From Lama guanicoe (lineage: Eukaryota), in NCBI GenBank assembly GCA_013239625.1, contig MU054001.1:2734151-2798150 (forward strand): a DNA stretch of 64,000 nucleotides, written 5' to 3'. The notes below the pieces were generated by a model. It was not told the DNA's origin and did not search any database. It worked only from the letters and a program-made list of their open reading frames with translations. Shown piece by piece: positions 37,508 through 50,770 of this stretch. Position 1 is the stretch's first letter. Every line of letters begins with the position of its first letter. Both the position numbers and the translations under genes were made by a program.

Positions 37508-39279
37508 AAACCTTTGATCAACCCAACTAGTGAGCTAGTACTTCTAGCCCTAACTAGAGACCTATTTACTCAGACTTTGCTTACATAGCTAACAAACATG
37601 ATTCTGTGATTTCCAAGCTCATAGCCCTTTGGGAGCAGTGATAGATTTCTACTGTAGGTACACTGATGGCTGAAAGCCTCTGTGAGTAAGAGAGGAGAGA
37701 TTTGAAAATCTAATAGATAAAAGGCAAAAAACTCTGGAATATGAGGATATTAAGTACAGGGACACCTAGTAACAAGGCACAGTGCAATAATTCATGACAA
37801 AGATGTACTGCATCTTTGCACGTATTACATTTACTCGGTATTCATTAATGTACTAATGTAATGCATGGCGAAGATGTTGAAAAAGATATACACGATACAC
37901 CATAAATGTGCTTCTTGCCAAAATGTTTACACTTAAAAAAAAATTTTTAGGCCTAAGGAAGAACACCCTCAGTCATCTGGAAACTCAGCTATTCTGTTGG
38001 ATTTATTTTCTGGATAACTGATATTTTTAGCATTGCTTATGAGGCTGGACTAATAGTAAACAGAAAGTGACTGGATGCCATTAAATACTGGGTTGTCTGC
38101 CATCTCTTTTGATAGATTCCAAGGGAAAGTAACTGAATGCAAGCTCTAATAGTGAAAGAATGGTTAAGGATCCGTGCTAGGCCTTAAAGATGGACTAGAA
38201 TTTGAATAGATGGTGGGGTTTCACACTGATTAAATATAAAGTCAATTTTAAAAAATCTTTTTATCCCCACTTTCTCTCTGGAAAGTGGTCCAAGGAGATG
38301 GACAGCTTAGGGGTGGAGATTCTAAAAGGGACAGATAGTGGTGCCAAAGCAAAATCTTCGATCTTCACCATTTTCCTCAGTGCTTCCTTCCATCTCTGAC
38401 TATCTTCCTTCCTCCAATCATCTTGAGTGAAGGTATTCTGTGCCCAGTATGAAGGGAAAGCAGAGAAATTCAGTTGGAGGCATGTCCTTGGTTCAAATTC
38501 TAGCATCTTACTAGCTGAGATCTCACTAGCTTGAGCAAGATGTTAAATCTGAGCTCCTAGAGATGACACCAGTACCACAAAATCACAAATAATGAGTCAC
38601 CAGAGCAACACAGGTGATGAGTGTTTTCCTAACCACAAAATCCTATGAGAAATATTGTAAATGTTAGTTTTCCATTGAGTGGTTAGAGTCTTCAGGATTC
38701 CTATTTTCTCTTCACAAATCTAGGACCTTGGGGCCCGATTATGGAAACAAACTGCTCTCTAGGACTTTAAATAACTCAGAGGCAATGGTTTAAACCCTCA
38801 GCATGAAGAGCAAATGGTTGAAAAACCTCTTCCAGCATTTGCTCTAAGGAAGTATTTAAAAGTGGGTATTGTTATTGGATCAAGTGAAATATGCTAGGGA
38901 ATTATTTTAAAAAATGTGATTAATGCAAGACAGAGAGGGAATAGCGATGACTCCAAGTCAGTCGGTCTAGAGGTTTGTGGTGAGTATGATAATGATCAAT
39001 GACTGCCCATTCAAGCCATTATGGCCTGTTATGTTCAAGTGCTCAGGCTGGAAATCCTTATCAATCAAATGACGGGGTGAGTAGTGTGGCCACTTATACA
39101 AGACAAGCCATTCCCATCCAAACCAGCCTGTCTACCAGTCCATTCACCCAGAGCAAGGCCTGCTGTGCCTCACTCAGAACTATACTCTGCCCGGGTTATG
39201 CTCCTAATGAGAAAGAGCTCATTGTTCTAATTGGTTTGAGAGTGAATCCCACTGTGTCCCCTGGGAAGATCTGCAAATG

Positions 39280-39940
39280 CCCAGGGCTCTTCTTGTCCTC
39301 CCTCATCACCATCCAGCCTCATTCCTTTGACCCCTCCTCACCATTGGAGTCAGGACAATCTATTTAAATTGCAAATCTAGCCACTACTCCTCTTCTTTTG
39401 TTCTCTAAGCCCTCTAGAATAAATCCTAAATTCCTTAGCAGGGACAATAAAGCCCTCTATGTATGATCTGGTCCCCTGGTTAATGACACAGTCTTAACTT
39501 CTGCCAGTCTCCAACTAGAAAATCGTGCTCTAATAATGTCAAAGTTCTTGAAATCCATGCAACCCTTGACCTTTACCATGCTACTGTTTTATACCTCCAT
39601 GCCTTTGCACTGTTCTTTATTGGAACACTCTTCTATACTCTCCTTTACCTGGCTCTCTTCCTCAGCCTTCAAAACGTAAGCATCTTTTCCAGCAGCCTTC
39701 CTTAAAACTCCAAGAGTGGAGTACAGGGAGTATTGTGCTCTGTGCCTGCATCAGACTTTGTACATGCCTCTGTACTTTTGTTAATACATTGAAATGATTC
39801 TGCTTATGTGCTGTTTAACCGTTAGAATATCAGGTTTTTTTTTTTTTTAAAAAAAGGCTGTATTTTGTTTATCACTAGGCGACAGGCAGTTAGCAAGAGT
39901 CCTGGCAGTCTACACAGTGTGTGTCAAATTGAATCATTAG
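39280..39940 (+). mobile_element. L2 fragment
   Basis: gcaaatctag...tagaataaatcctaaattccttagc...atgatctggtccc...cctccatgcctttgcac. Confidence 0.75.
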
Positions 39941-40540
39941 TTGTATCTCCAGAGCATTCCTACAATGAGATCCACCTATTGGCCTGTGAATGGGGTCTAC
40001 CTTGATTACTAGACAAAGAGGAGAACTGAAGTACTTAGCAAGCAAGTATGGATAAACTGGATATTGTCTGCATTTTCCACTGAATGATATCCCTGTTTCA
40101 GAAGTCATTTTAACGTCTCCTCTGGTCCTTGCATCATAATAGACATTATGGCAGCGCACTTGCCCCTAAGGGTTTATTTCCTAGGGGCACAAAGCTAAAT
40201 TTAAGTGCTATAAGAAAAGTCACAGCCTTGAGGCTTCAGTGAAGAGACAGACAGCATACTTCTGGAGGAGTCAGACTTCATAAAGTAGGGAACACAGCAA
40301 ATAACCTTGGAGAATGGCTAAGATTTTAAAAAGTAAAGATTGGGAAGAGGTAAAAGAGGAAGGGGAGAGTTGATGCATCTTTGCCAGAAGAAACATCCAT
40401 GGCAAAGAGATGAGGAAGCCCTGAGTATGTTTGGGACACAATAGTACACTTGATGGTTCACAGTTTGAACCAAATGTGATTCATTTTCCACCACTTACCC
40501 CCATCTCCACGATCCAGCTACCCCAACTCCTTCTCTAGCT

Positions 40541-40688
40541 CAGTGGTTCACAGACTCAAGTGAGCATCAGAATTATCTGGAGAGCTTATTAAACAGACTT
40601 CTGGATCATATTCCAGCTATTGAATTTCTGATTCAGTAGGTCCAATGATGCTGATGCTGTGGTCTGGGGCCATGTTTGCAAACCACTG
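40541..40688. mobile_element. MER5A-like MITE
   Basis: Terminal inverted repeats cagtggtt...aaccactg; gcatcagaattatctggagagcttattaaa; tttctgattcagtaggtc. Confidence 0.85.
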
Positions 40689-43600
40689 CAGAACTTTGCT
40701 GTTGACACCACCATGGCAAAGACCTGAAGACACGCTCCTCACTCCCACCTCTGACACTGTAGGAGATGGACCTTAGAACTCACCTAGAGCATTGGGTACT
40801 TAGGACTCTGAAGGAACAACTGCCCCTAGAAACCACAGCCAACTACCTATTGGCAAAGCAGCCACCATCATTTAAGTTGTAGAACAGTCAGTGTTTTCCC
40901 ATCATCTTGGCAAATGAAAGACTAATTTGAACCATCTGGTTCTGTAACTCCCTCCTACACCACTGCTTAAAAGCAGCTGAACATATTTTCTGTTACATTT
41001 TGTCAATAAAATATTGCTCCCCGAGGCTGTTGGCTTGTCATGTTTGCAGCCCCTAAGCAAAGTTGGAAAAGTTAGTGGTGGCACCAGTAAGAGAAAGGCC
41101 ACGGGGCAGCCCCCCAGCGTTTCGCTGCTGATGCTCTGTGTACCCTTCTTCTCAGGGCAGATTCTCTTAACTGATGCATTAAAGTATTTTTAAAAAGTGG
41201 AACCAAAATGGGTTCCGACCTTTCCTGGCCACCCTGCCCTTTCTGTCCTGTTAATTTTGTTTTGCCTTATGACAGTGAAGAATCAATGCCTAGCATTTCG
41301 AACAGCCAGGTAGACTGTGTACACATTTATTAAGATTAATTAAAAAGTAACAAATTGTAAAGTAATAACATTAACAACCAGTAGAAGAAGTGCAGACATT
41401 TTGACAGTCTTTTTGAATTTCATTAAAAGATGGTCGTGACAAAAACCCCAGAGACTATTTCTACTTTACTAAAGAAATAGGTCACAGATTCAATTACAGT
41501 CACTGAAGCATGGACTCAATCTATCATGGCAAATTAAGTACATTTTAGCAACCTACTTTCCTTTAAAAATTTTATAGACACTTTCAGTGAAAGAAGAAAG
41601 ACTATAGGAAAAAAAAAAAAGAAATTGCAAAATCAAATCCCCCCCTTACTCCCCCCTCGGCTTTGAGGAAGCATTTGGCTTATTTGCTTTGGGTATAAGA
41701 CAGAAAATCATTAAGAAATACTCAGCTTGTTCACAATTATTACTCCTCACTTGTTCATGGTTTAATGATGCAGATTTGGAATTGGGAGTGGGAAATGGCT
41801 CCAAATTAGAATCGCTAGTCTTCAAAGGGGGGCTTTGTTCTGCAGGCTAAGCCCCACCCCCTTCCTTTAAAAGAGGACTATTTGTGCTTCACAGCTTCTG
41901 TGAAATTTTTGCCTTAGACGCTCAGAGCAGACACTTTGTGTTCATTTCTGGAGAGATAAATAAATAAATAAAAAGTGCTCATTCGGCCTGTGGATGTGGT
42001 TTAGCCAAGTGCAAATATCGGGACAATGAAACACCCTTTTGCCCATAGCAAAATTGATCTGATGTTGACAACTGGAATTTATGGAGGGCCTCTTGCAGCA
42101 AAGCAGTGGGGGCCGTCTTTAAGACACTGCAGCAGCAAGAGCAAGTGTAGAGCAGGGGAGGGTGAGGCCCTCACGTTTCCCCTTTGACAAGTAAGAACCT
42201 GGGACCAGGACAGTCTCAGCGCAGTCTTAGGAATCTGTTATTTGGCCTGGCCAGAAAGCCTCAGAAGCCTTTTAGGTCTTGTTCCCAAAGAGACGGTGTC
42301 ACCCAAGCACCTACTCAGTTTGGTGCTCATGTTGCTTATCCTCTGCAGTCTTGCCTTTTCCCTTAGAACCCTGGCTAGCCTTCTCCTGATGCCTCTGTGT
42401 GATGGGCACAGACAAGACAAGCAATTGCGTTTGCTTCCAAAAGAAGTGACAGGGACACTTCATGCATCTCTGAATTATCTTGCTATTGCCCAACTAAACA
42501 AGAGCCTCTCTTCAGCCAGGCCGATGATTAACTCACTGGCAGAAGCCCAGAGAACCTCATTTCTAATTTTGATTGCAAAATTTCAACTTCCTTAGGAACT
42601 GGGTTTAACAGTAGCTGGTCAGGTGAAGATCGTACAGAGTCACTTCACCCTTCAAAATATCGCAAGTCCATAGGTATCCATAGCCCACTTGCTTGGAAAT
42701 ATATATAACTCTTTAGTTAAGAGCCAACAGGTCTTATACCATGAGTTCCTTCAAACTACAGAATTAAGATAAAAGTAGGCTGATGTGTCTACCTTGTGTG
42801 CTATGAAACTCGGATCTATGGGATCATTCCTGGAAAGGGAGAGTAATGAGGTTGGGGAGTGGCTCATGTGACCAGAATGGTAAAAGACTACAACAAACTG
42901 AGGCTTTTAGGTTCTCCATGTAAAGGTGATAAACACACGTTGGTGTTCATCTGCCATAACAATTCTTGGCCTAGGCAGATGAGAGGGCAAAAGAAGCTGT
43001 GTGCCTAGGTGGCTGCCTAGCCTCCGGATGAAATCAAAAAGATGTGCTAGCTACATTTCCAGTGTCTATCTTTCAGCTAACTAAGTGGGAATAATGCCTG
43101 TTGCATCTCCTGAGTCTGAAACTACCCACTGCCATTCTGGTGCGAAAAACCCTCAATAGCTAAATTTATTTACAGATGTGCAATCTATACAGTAATGTAT
43201 AATATGTAAAAATGTACATGCAAAATATGATTTTATAATATATCACAGATTGCATTCAGTGTGGTGAGGTGCTTCTACTCTGAGAGGCCCCTGGGAACTG
43301 AGACCAAAGGAAGATCTGTTCCCATCTCAAGTTCACTTGCCAAGTGGAAAAAATACCTGTAGTTTTGAAAGCAAGGCTTTGCTGTCAGGTATTTTGGTTT
43401 AACTCATCTGGGGTGGACCAAGTGTTGGCAGTTGTGTTTTAAGGTTTGTCAGTGATTTGAATGTATAGCACTGGTTGAGTACTGTTGATTTAAATTGCTT
43501 TTCTTTCTCATCATATTTTTGCTGAATTGTATACATTAAAATCACTTTCAACATGACTCCCTTATACTGCTCTCTCCTGTCCTTTTGGGAGCCATCCACT

Positions 43601-43974
43601 TCCGAAAGCATCCTTATCTCTGGGGAAGCATTCTTCCCAAGTCAGAGAGGAGAAGATGGTGCTAAGCCCAGAGAGTTTCCACTCAGGTCTCTGACTGCAC
43701 CTGAGCACACACTTGTCCAAACTGACAAAGCAGATGAGGCTACCTAGAAAGAGAAGCTCATAATTTTCCAGCCTTCAAAATGATTTTAAACCTCTGAGAT
43801 CAATGCTGATAAGATGGATGCTTAAGAATAGCAATGTGAAGTCAGGAACCCATGAGTTAATCTCTAGAAATATGCAAGGGACAGCTCAAAACTCTGAATA
43901 AAATTCATCTTTCTCTTGTTTGAGTTTTTGAAAGGTATAATCAGATGGTGCACTAAACCCGGCATCCCTGGGAG

Positions 43975-44235
43975 ATGGTGTAGCACAATGGTTAGGTCCA
44001 CGGACTCAGAAGCTAATTTACCCATATTAGATATGCACTCTGCTGCTTGCCAAGTGATTTGGGGCAGGGTACTTACTTAGTTCCTATGTGCCTCAGCTTC
44101 CTCAACTGCAAAATGGAAATAATATCATACCCACTTCATAAGGCCGTTTTGGGGATTAAATGATTTAAAGCATGCATGCAAATTATTTAGCTCTGGGCCT
44201 GGCACAGTATGCTTGCTGAAAAAGTGTAGCTATGG
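43975..44235 (+). mobile_element. MIR SINE, near full length
   Basis: gtgtagcacaatggttag...tgtgcctcagcttcctcaactgcaaaatggaaataat...ggattaaatga...cctggcaca. Confidence 0.85.
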
Positions 44236-45759
44236 TCGTGGTACCATCAGAGGCTAAGTTATAGAGGTGGTCATAATTGTTGGGATGGTCCATTCTATGC
44301 CTTTAATTACATTTTTTTCCCTAGATTGAATAATAGGGGAAAAAAAAGCTGTATTTTCAGAAAAAAAAATTGACATCGATCTCTGGTAGACCATTGCCAA
44401 GACAACATAGTAAACTGGATTTGGAACTGAAAGACCTATACCTTTCAGCTTCCTATGAGTGAACTTGGTCGAGTCTTTGGATATTTAAGTCCTGGTTTTA
44501 TTAAATGCAAACATGGAAATTCTGTATTTTCCTTGTATCCTTTAATAGAATTCTCATTACAGCTTTATACAGAAATTCTTCGTGTTTATGTAGCACTTGT
44601 TTTACAGAGCATTTCTCGTAAATCGTTGCATATAAGCCTCATGCTAACACCTCGAGACAGATATTATCATCACCAATTTACAAATAGTGAAATGGAGGTT
44701 AAGAATTTCCCAACACCACCAAACTGGTTAAGCAGCAAGTACTTAAGTCTTCCAATTTCAGCAGCATTACTAATAGACCTTAATTTTAAGTGCGTCACTT
44801 TAGATAAATGATATAGGGGAACATGCTAAGGAAATTATAGTGTATATCATGTAAGTGATACACTGTGTTATGTTACTATTTAGAGATTTTCCCTTTGATG
44901 TTATGTAAAGAGAAAGATAGACAGCACAGAAACAGTAAGCTTTAGTTACAAGTGTGAGTCACTCATCACTCATTAGCAGTGAAGCTGGTACCCAAACAGC
45001 AGCTGCATCTCTATCTCTAGTGCTGACTTAGGAGAGGCATCACGCTATTGATTCCTTTTATCATTTACCTGCCTTTCCTTCAATGGTTTTTCACTTCAGG
45101 GTGACACATAGCTGATCTATTAAACAGTCATCTTTGTCCACATGGAGATTAATTAACTGGTAGTTGTCTCCAGCCTGTCACAGTGGATTAAGGCTCAGGA
45201 AGTAGAAGGAAGATCTCTGGAAAGTAGACTAACCAGGGTTTCTTGGTTGAGTTATTCCCTTCCATCTGAGTCTCATTCCGCCTTCCCCTCCACCTGCTCC
45301 CTGAGAAGCTCAACCACCTCTTGATGAACTTGGCATAATAACCATGCACAGCTGGACTGCAGTTTGGCTTGAGAAGAAGTACACTTGCAGCCTGTGATGT
45401 TAGATGAGCTTCAACTTGTTCGAACCACTTGCTGTGGCAGTCTGACTCCAGGCACCGGTGTGAAAAATGGGAAATTTAGTTACCTATATAGATAGTAATA
45501 GCAACAGTCATACCTCGAAATTTTGTAATACTTTTCAAGTTACTCTGCACATTCACACATGTGTCAGGCAATTCTTACAATAATTTGGTGAGATAGGATT
45601 CTTATCACACAGGGAAAAAACCTGAGACTTGGGAATTTTTTGACCTGTCCTCCCCTGGTAAGGGGCAAGCGGGTAAGGTGCAGGCTGTTGTCTTGACTAA
45701 CCTGACCTCTTTGTGTGGCCATTCGTGGTTTGCCTGCCCAGGACTGTCTTTCTGGCAAT

Positions 45760-46030
45760 AGGCTTCCTTTTATCTTGGGAACTCCTATGCTTCCAACTCC
45801 AAACATTTGTTTCCAGCTACTACATTCTTATTAGACCTTATCCTCCTGGCCATATTTGACTGATATAGGGTTGGGCATCTGACCCAATTTAGGCCAGTCT
45901 TTCCCTAGAATTTTTCAAAGTGGAGATGGGAGAAAGAATCCAGTTTTCCAGTAAAGGAAATTTACACAGCTATGATTTTTACTGTGTTGAGAAAGCTGGG
46001 TGGAGGGGGAAGAATGAAGCTGACAGAGAA
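45760..46030 (+). mobile_element. Old MaLR LTR fragment (MLT1J/K/L-like)
   Basis: tgactgatatagggttgggcatctgacccaatttaggcca...gaagaatgaagctgacagag. Confidence 0.55.
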
Positions 46031-46032
46031 TT

Positions 46033-46203
46033 AAGTTTCTTTATGCCTCAGTTATGCCATCTGTAACATGGGGCATAATGATAGGTCTATTTCCTATGGG
46101 TATATAGAAGCTAAATACTTCAGTGTCTTTAAAGTGCTTAGAATAGTGCTTTGGGGCATAATACATGGTACATAAATATAAGCTACTTATCATTGTTCCA
46201 TGA
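46033..46203 (+). repeat. Locally duplicated MIR 3' segment (copy of 46780-46952)
   Basis: Shares aagtttctttatgcctcagtta, gggcataatacatg and taaatataagctactta with the downstream MIR. Confidence 0.8.
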
Positions 46204-46699
46204 ACTTCTGTTTTTAAGCTGGGGTAAGTGAGAGAATCATGGCAGCATGGAAATCTCTGTTTCTAATTGTTCCTAAGACTGCATACCTTGGGAAAGTAAT
46301 CTTTCCAGGAATTGTCTCTTTTTCCTTAAGTTTCTTCAACATACCCTCCTATTTCTAAATGAATACAGTGTTCTTATTGGTCCTTGCTCAGTAGCTTCTT
46401 CTCTGACTCAGCCACACTGTTGTGGGCATTATTAAACGTGATGCAGAGAATTGAATAGGTTGCCGATTAGTTAAGTAGATCATATATGTTTAAGGTCTCA
46501 CTGTAGGATTTGGCTCATATACAGATGTGTTCCCTTCACCCCCTACCAAATCATTATCATTCAATGCCATGAAGGTCATTAGCTGTAAATTGACATAAGC
46601 ACAATAATTACAGTCCTGAACAGATTTTAGTGAGATCTCATTTCTCTGTTTTTTAAATCAAGTTTCCAAATCCTTAATATCATAGCAGTAATTTTGATT

Positions 46700-46945
46700 G
46701 GTTTAGAGCCCAGAATATGGAGCCAAATTGCTAGGATAAAAATCTCACCTCTGGCATATATTCTCTAGGTGGCCTTGGCAAGTTTCTTTATGCCTCAGTT
46801 ACACCATCTGTAAAATGGGGGATAATATAATAATAGAGCTACTTCCTATGGTTACACAGAGGCTAAATAAGTCAATATCTAAACGTGTTTAAAACAGTGC
46901 TTTGGGCATAATACATGCTATGTAAATATAAGCTACTTACTATTA
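46700..46945 (+). mobile_element. MIR SINE, near full length
   Basis: ggtttagagcccag...gccttggcaagtt...tgcctcagttacaccatctgtaaaatggggataat. Confidence 0.85.
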
Positions 46946-48419
46946 TTCAATGACCTTTTATTTTTAATATTTTTCGCATGTGAAGAACTCACTGTAATTA
47001 TTGTAAATGAATATGTTAAAATTGTGCTTTCAAATATCAAGAGTGAAACCATGACCTCTAAATAGAAGGACATTTCAACATAATTCCTGGGAATTAAATA
47101 ACAGAAGTTAAAAAAGTAGTTAATAGGTAATTTTAAGTGATTCTGTGTAAATAACATTTATGATGCTACTGAATAACATAGGAATGTTGGAGGAAGAGAG
47201 GTTTAGATGAGGAATTCCTGAAACTTCCATGGTTTAAGAAAAGGATATTTCTAAGGGCCAGGAAGTAAATATATGATCACAAATTTGGAGACCATTTCTC
47301 TTTAGTTTGAGCTATGTTGAGAATAAGGGCTAACAACTTGGAGATGGGGACTAAACCAAACAAAATGTCAGAATGACAACAGTGGTTCTATTTCATATTA
47401 AACATGGAAACTCTTCTCTTTTGTATTTACACTGCTGTCATAGAATACTGGCGGCAGAGTCCATTAGTGGAACTGAAATGGTAAGAATGACATCTTAACT
47501 CTGACGCAGTTCACTGAAGATTTTCATGCCTGGAAAAGAAAGAGGAACATTTTCGTATTACTCTCTTTTTAAAACCCAGAAGCATTATGGGTACACAAGA
47601 GTGATTTCTTATAGAACGTCAGATATTAAGAACCAGAGTGGATGATTTTTACATTAGAAAAAAATGTGAGAGACCAAGTTAGCAATTATCATTAAGAGAT
47701 AAAGTGAGAGAAAATGTGCCTGTGTACTAGGAATTCTATTTCTGTTAATTCTTGCTCCTTGCATAATTCTTTTATGTTCAACTCTTATAGTGAATAGTTA
47801 ATTGGAATCCCTATAAAATTTCCAGCAATATAACTCTTACACTTGTGTAGCATTCATATTAACAAAGCTTTTTATGTACATTATTGCCTTTAGTTCTTAC
47901 GGAACACTGTGAGATAGCCGGCTCTTACCATTCCAAACACATATACTAAGGAAGGAACTATGGCTTGGAGAAACAAGTGGCTGGGTAGACAGAAGTTTAA
48001 TTAGATAGCTGTTCTCCTTGTGGATGTTTATACAAGGGACACAACAAGTTTTCAATCCAAGAAAATCTTCTGTTCTTGCATTTTTTCCTGTCTGTCAACT
48101 CTCACTACTTACCTGCTCTAGAAATCTGAGCGCTCCAGGGTTACCCTGCTTTCTAGACACCAGGTACTTCTCATATAACATGTATGAATTTGATTTTTAG
48201 TTTTTCTACAGCTAATACCTAATGCTCTCTTCAGGACATTTTACAACAGATTTTCTTGTAATTATGCAGCCATCAAGATAGACCTAGAACTCTCACAAAA
48301 TTTTTAATTTATTCAAAGAGACAATGCTTTGTAATTTATTAAATTCCAGAAAAAACAGTAGATACATTTTATGATTTTCCATAATCTATTTCTTCCTTTC
48401 AGCTCTCCTTCTGGACAAG

Positions 48420-48865
48420 GCACTACTCATTCCTTCCTAGCAATGAGAGTTCAGGTGAGACTGATGTTATTCCCAGCTTCAGGGTTGTGATTCTGACTGG
48501 ATTAAACCAATAAGCCACACCCATCTTCCAAGCTGAGACTGGTTCAGAGATGGACCAGTCTGACGCAATAAGAGGGTGAATCACAGGTGAGGAAATTTTA
48601 GAAAGTGGCATTATTTTCTTCTGAAAAGCAGGACCCTTTGAGACTTGGATCAGCTTAGATTATTTTGTTACCACAAGGAGGTAGCCAGGAACCACTGAAG
48701 CTATGATGTAAAGTTGGCAGATGAACCTAAGACCTCAAGCACTGAGTCCGTGACCACATTCTTCGAGCAACTAGGACTTCCAGACTCTTCTACCATGTGA
48801 GCCAGTGATTTTTCTTTATTATTTAAGCTAATTCAGCTGGGTTTCCTAGCTTATACAATGAGTGT
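48420..48865 (+). mobile_element. Old MaLR LTR (MLT1I/K-like)
   Basis: gactggttcagagatgg...ggacttccagactctt...catgtgagccagt...tctttattatttaagcta. Confidence 0.65.
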
Positions 48866-50309
48866 TTGGCCCTCATACAAGGGCATGCTAGCTCCTAAGT
48901 CCTTTCTTTGGTTTCTGTCTTCCCACCATGCTCATCCAGGGAGCATAAGAACTGTAGTCCAAAGACCCGAGTTCATGCTTACCTTGAGTACTTACCTACT
49001 GTGCATATTGAACAAGAATATAACCCATATTGTATATTGGTGGGACAACATATACGTGACGATTAAAAACAATATTTAAACTACAGGATTATTGGGAGAA
49101 TCAGACGAGATAATGAAGATCCAAACACCACACAAATATTAATGATTTTTCTGAAGAGGCTAATTTGATCTATAAACTGTTTCTGAGCCCATTTCTTTCT
49201 AGTTCTTTCCAGGGATAAATTTATAATGATTTGGTAATAGATCTATAACCACGTAGAAGCAAGAAGGATTATAGGTGCAAATAGGTCATAGGTAGAAAAA
49301 TAAAGCTCTGGTTTTTGGTGTCATAATTATCTTGTGTAGGGCCTTTCTTAATGTGCTATGGAATATTCCACTGAAGGAAATCATTGCAGACTTTAAGCCA
49401 CAAGCTATGAAGAGACAGAATTTGTACATTGTGATTGATCTTATTAAAATAATTTAGTTCCAAGTAGGCATCATTGTATCTCATCTAGAATTTTCTTCTA
49501 ATGTGAGGAAATGTTTCTGCATGGTAAATTTCCTGCTGGAGACCCTGGCAACTTCCTGGGGCTGGAATGCTAGGAGTTCTGGAAGCTGGCCAGTGGCCCT
49601 TTGGCCTCACTAAAGAGTGACATGTGCCCTAGGTTCTTCCCTCTTGCCTAACTATTGTCTGGTCCAAGCCCAATCTTTTAAAGAAAAGGTTATACAGCTA
49701 CATAAACAAGTTCAAAACTGGCTCTGTTTTTCTAGTCTCACCAAATCAAGCTTACAAACCTGGAAAAAGCATTCATTAAGTGCTGCCATCTTTTGTAGCT
49801 GAATTCGTTCTGATGGCCCCATCTTGTGGAAGAAATAAAAATAGCCAGATATTTTTTTCCCGCTTTGGGCATAAGCCCCAGAAGAAACAAATTCAGCCCA
49901 TCTGTCTTTCCCTCTGTCTATAATCTCTTCTTTTGCACTTACTACATTTCAAACAATTTATTCTGAAGAAAGGCCAATGTTCCTCATATATATGCAACTT
50001 GACCTTCTTTCCTTACTGATAGGACCAGCACATGTTGATTACGCTCACAGGTGCTAGACGGAAGCCTGTTGCTGCATGGAGGACTTAAGCCCGATCACCA
50101 TACTTGAGGCTCAAGTCAGACTATATTTGTGCAGGTCTCTGAGCTCGCTGAATTCTTCTCAGGCTCCTAGGAACACAGTGACCATCACATTTCCAGCTGT
50201 CAGATATTCTCCCCTACTTTCATCCTATCCTTTTGTGTTCCTTTGTACATGGAAGTCTGTTCAGAAGAAGAGTGGGTGAAATCAATTCATTTATTTGTTT
50301 GTTCACCAG

Positions 50310-50770
50310 TTCACTTAATTATTCATTGATTCACCCATTTAACATTTCTCTATTGAGGACCTTCCATATGTCAAGCACTAAACTAGGTATTAGGAAAACA
50401 GTAATGGGCAAAACAGCCCCTCCATTCTCTACTCTGATGGAGTTTACACCTTAGTTGAAGTTGACTACATAGACATTAATTAATTAATCAAATATGCAAT
50501 TGCAAATTCTGATAAGCCTACGAAAGGGTACTATGAGTCCATAAAAGAGGCCTGACCTACGGGACCTGATCTTTTCTGACGAAGGGACATTTGAGCTGGG
50601 ATCTGACCATTCTAAGCAGACCCTTGAGTCCTGAGAGAACACAGTGCCTGGAGTAGACAGAGATCAGTGGCTGGAATAAAGGGTGAGGAGGAGAGTGATT
50701 CCTGATAAGGCTGCAGAACCAGAGAGGGTCCAGGTTATGTCAGGCCTTGAGGACATGCTAGAAGTTTGAC
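50310..50770 (-). mobile_element. L2 3' fragment
   Basis: attcattgattcacccatttaaca...tattgaggaccttccatatgtcaagcact...tgatggagtttacaccttag. Confidence 0.8.

Noticed and set aside
42184..42595. ORFs up to 117 aa with a hydrophobic stretch
   Set aside because: Non-ATG start, no convincing splice signals and no recognisable homology.
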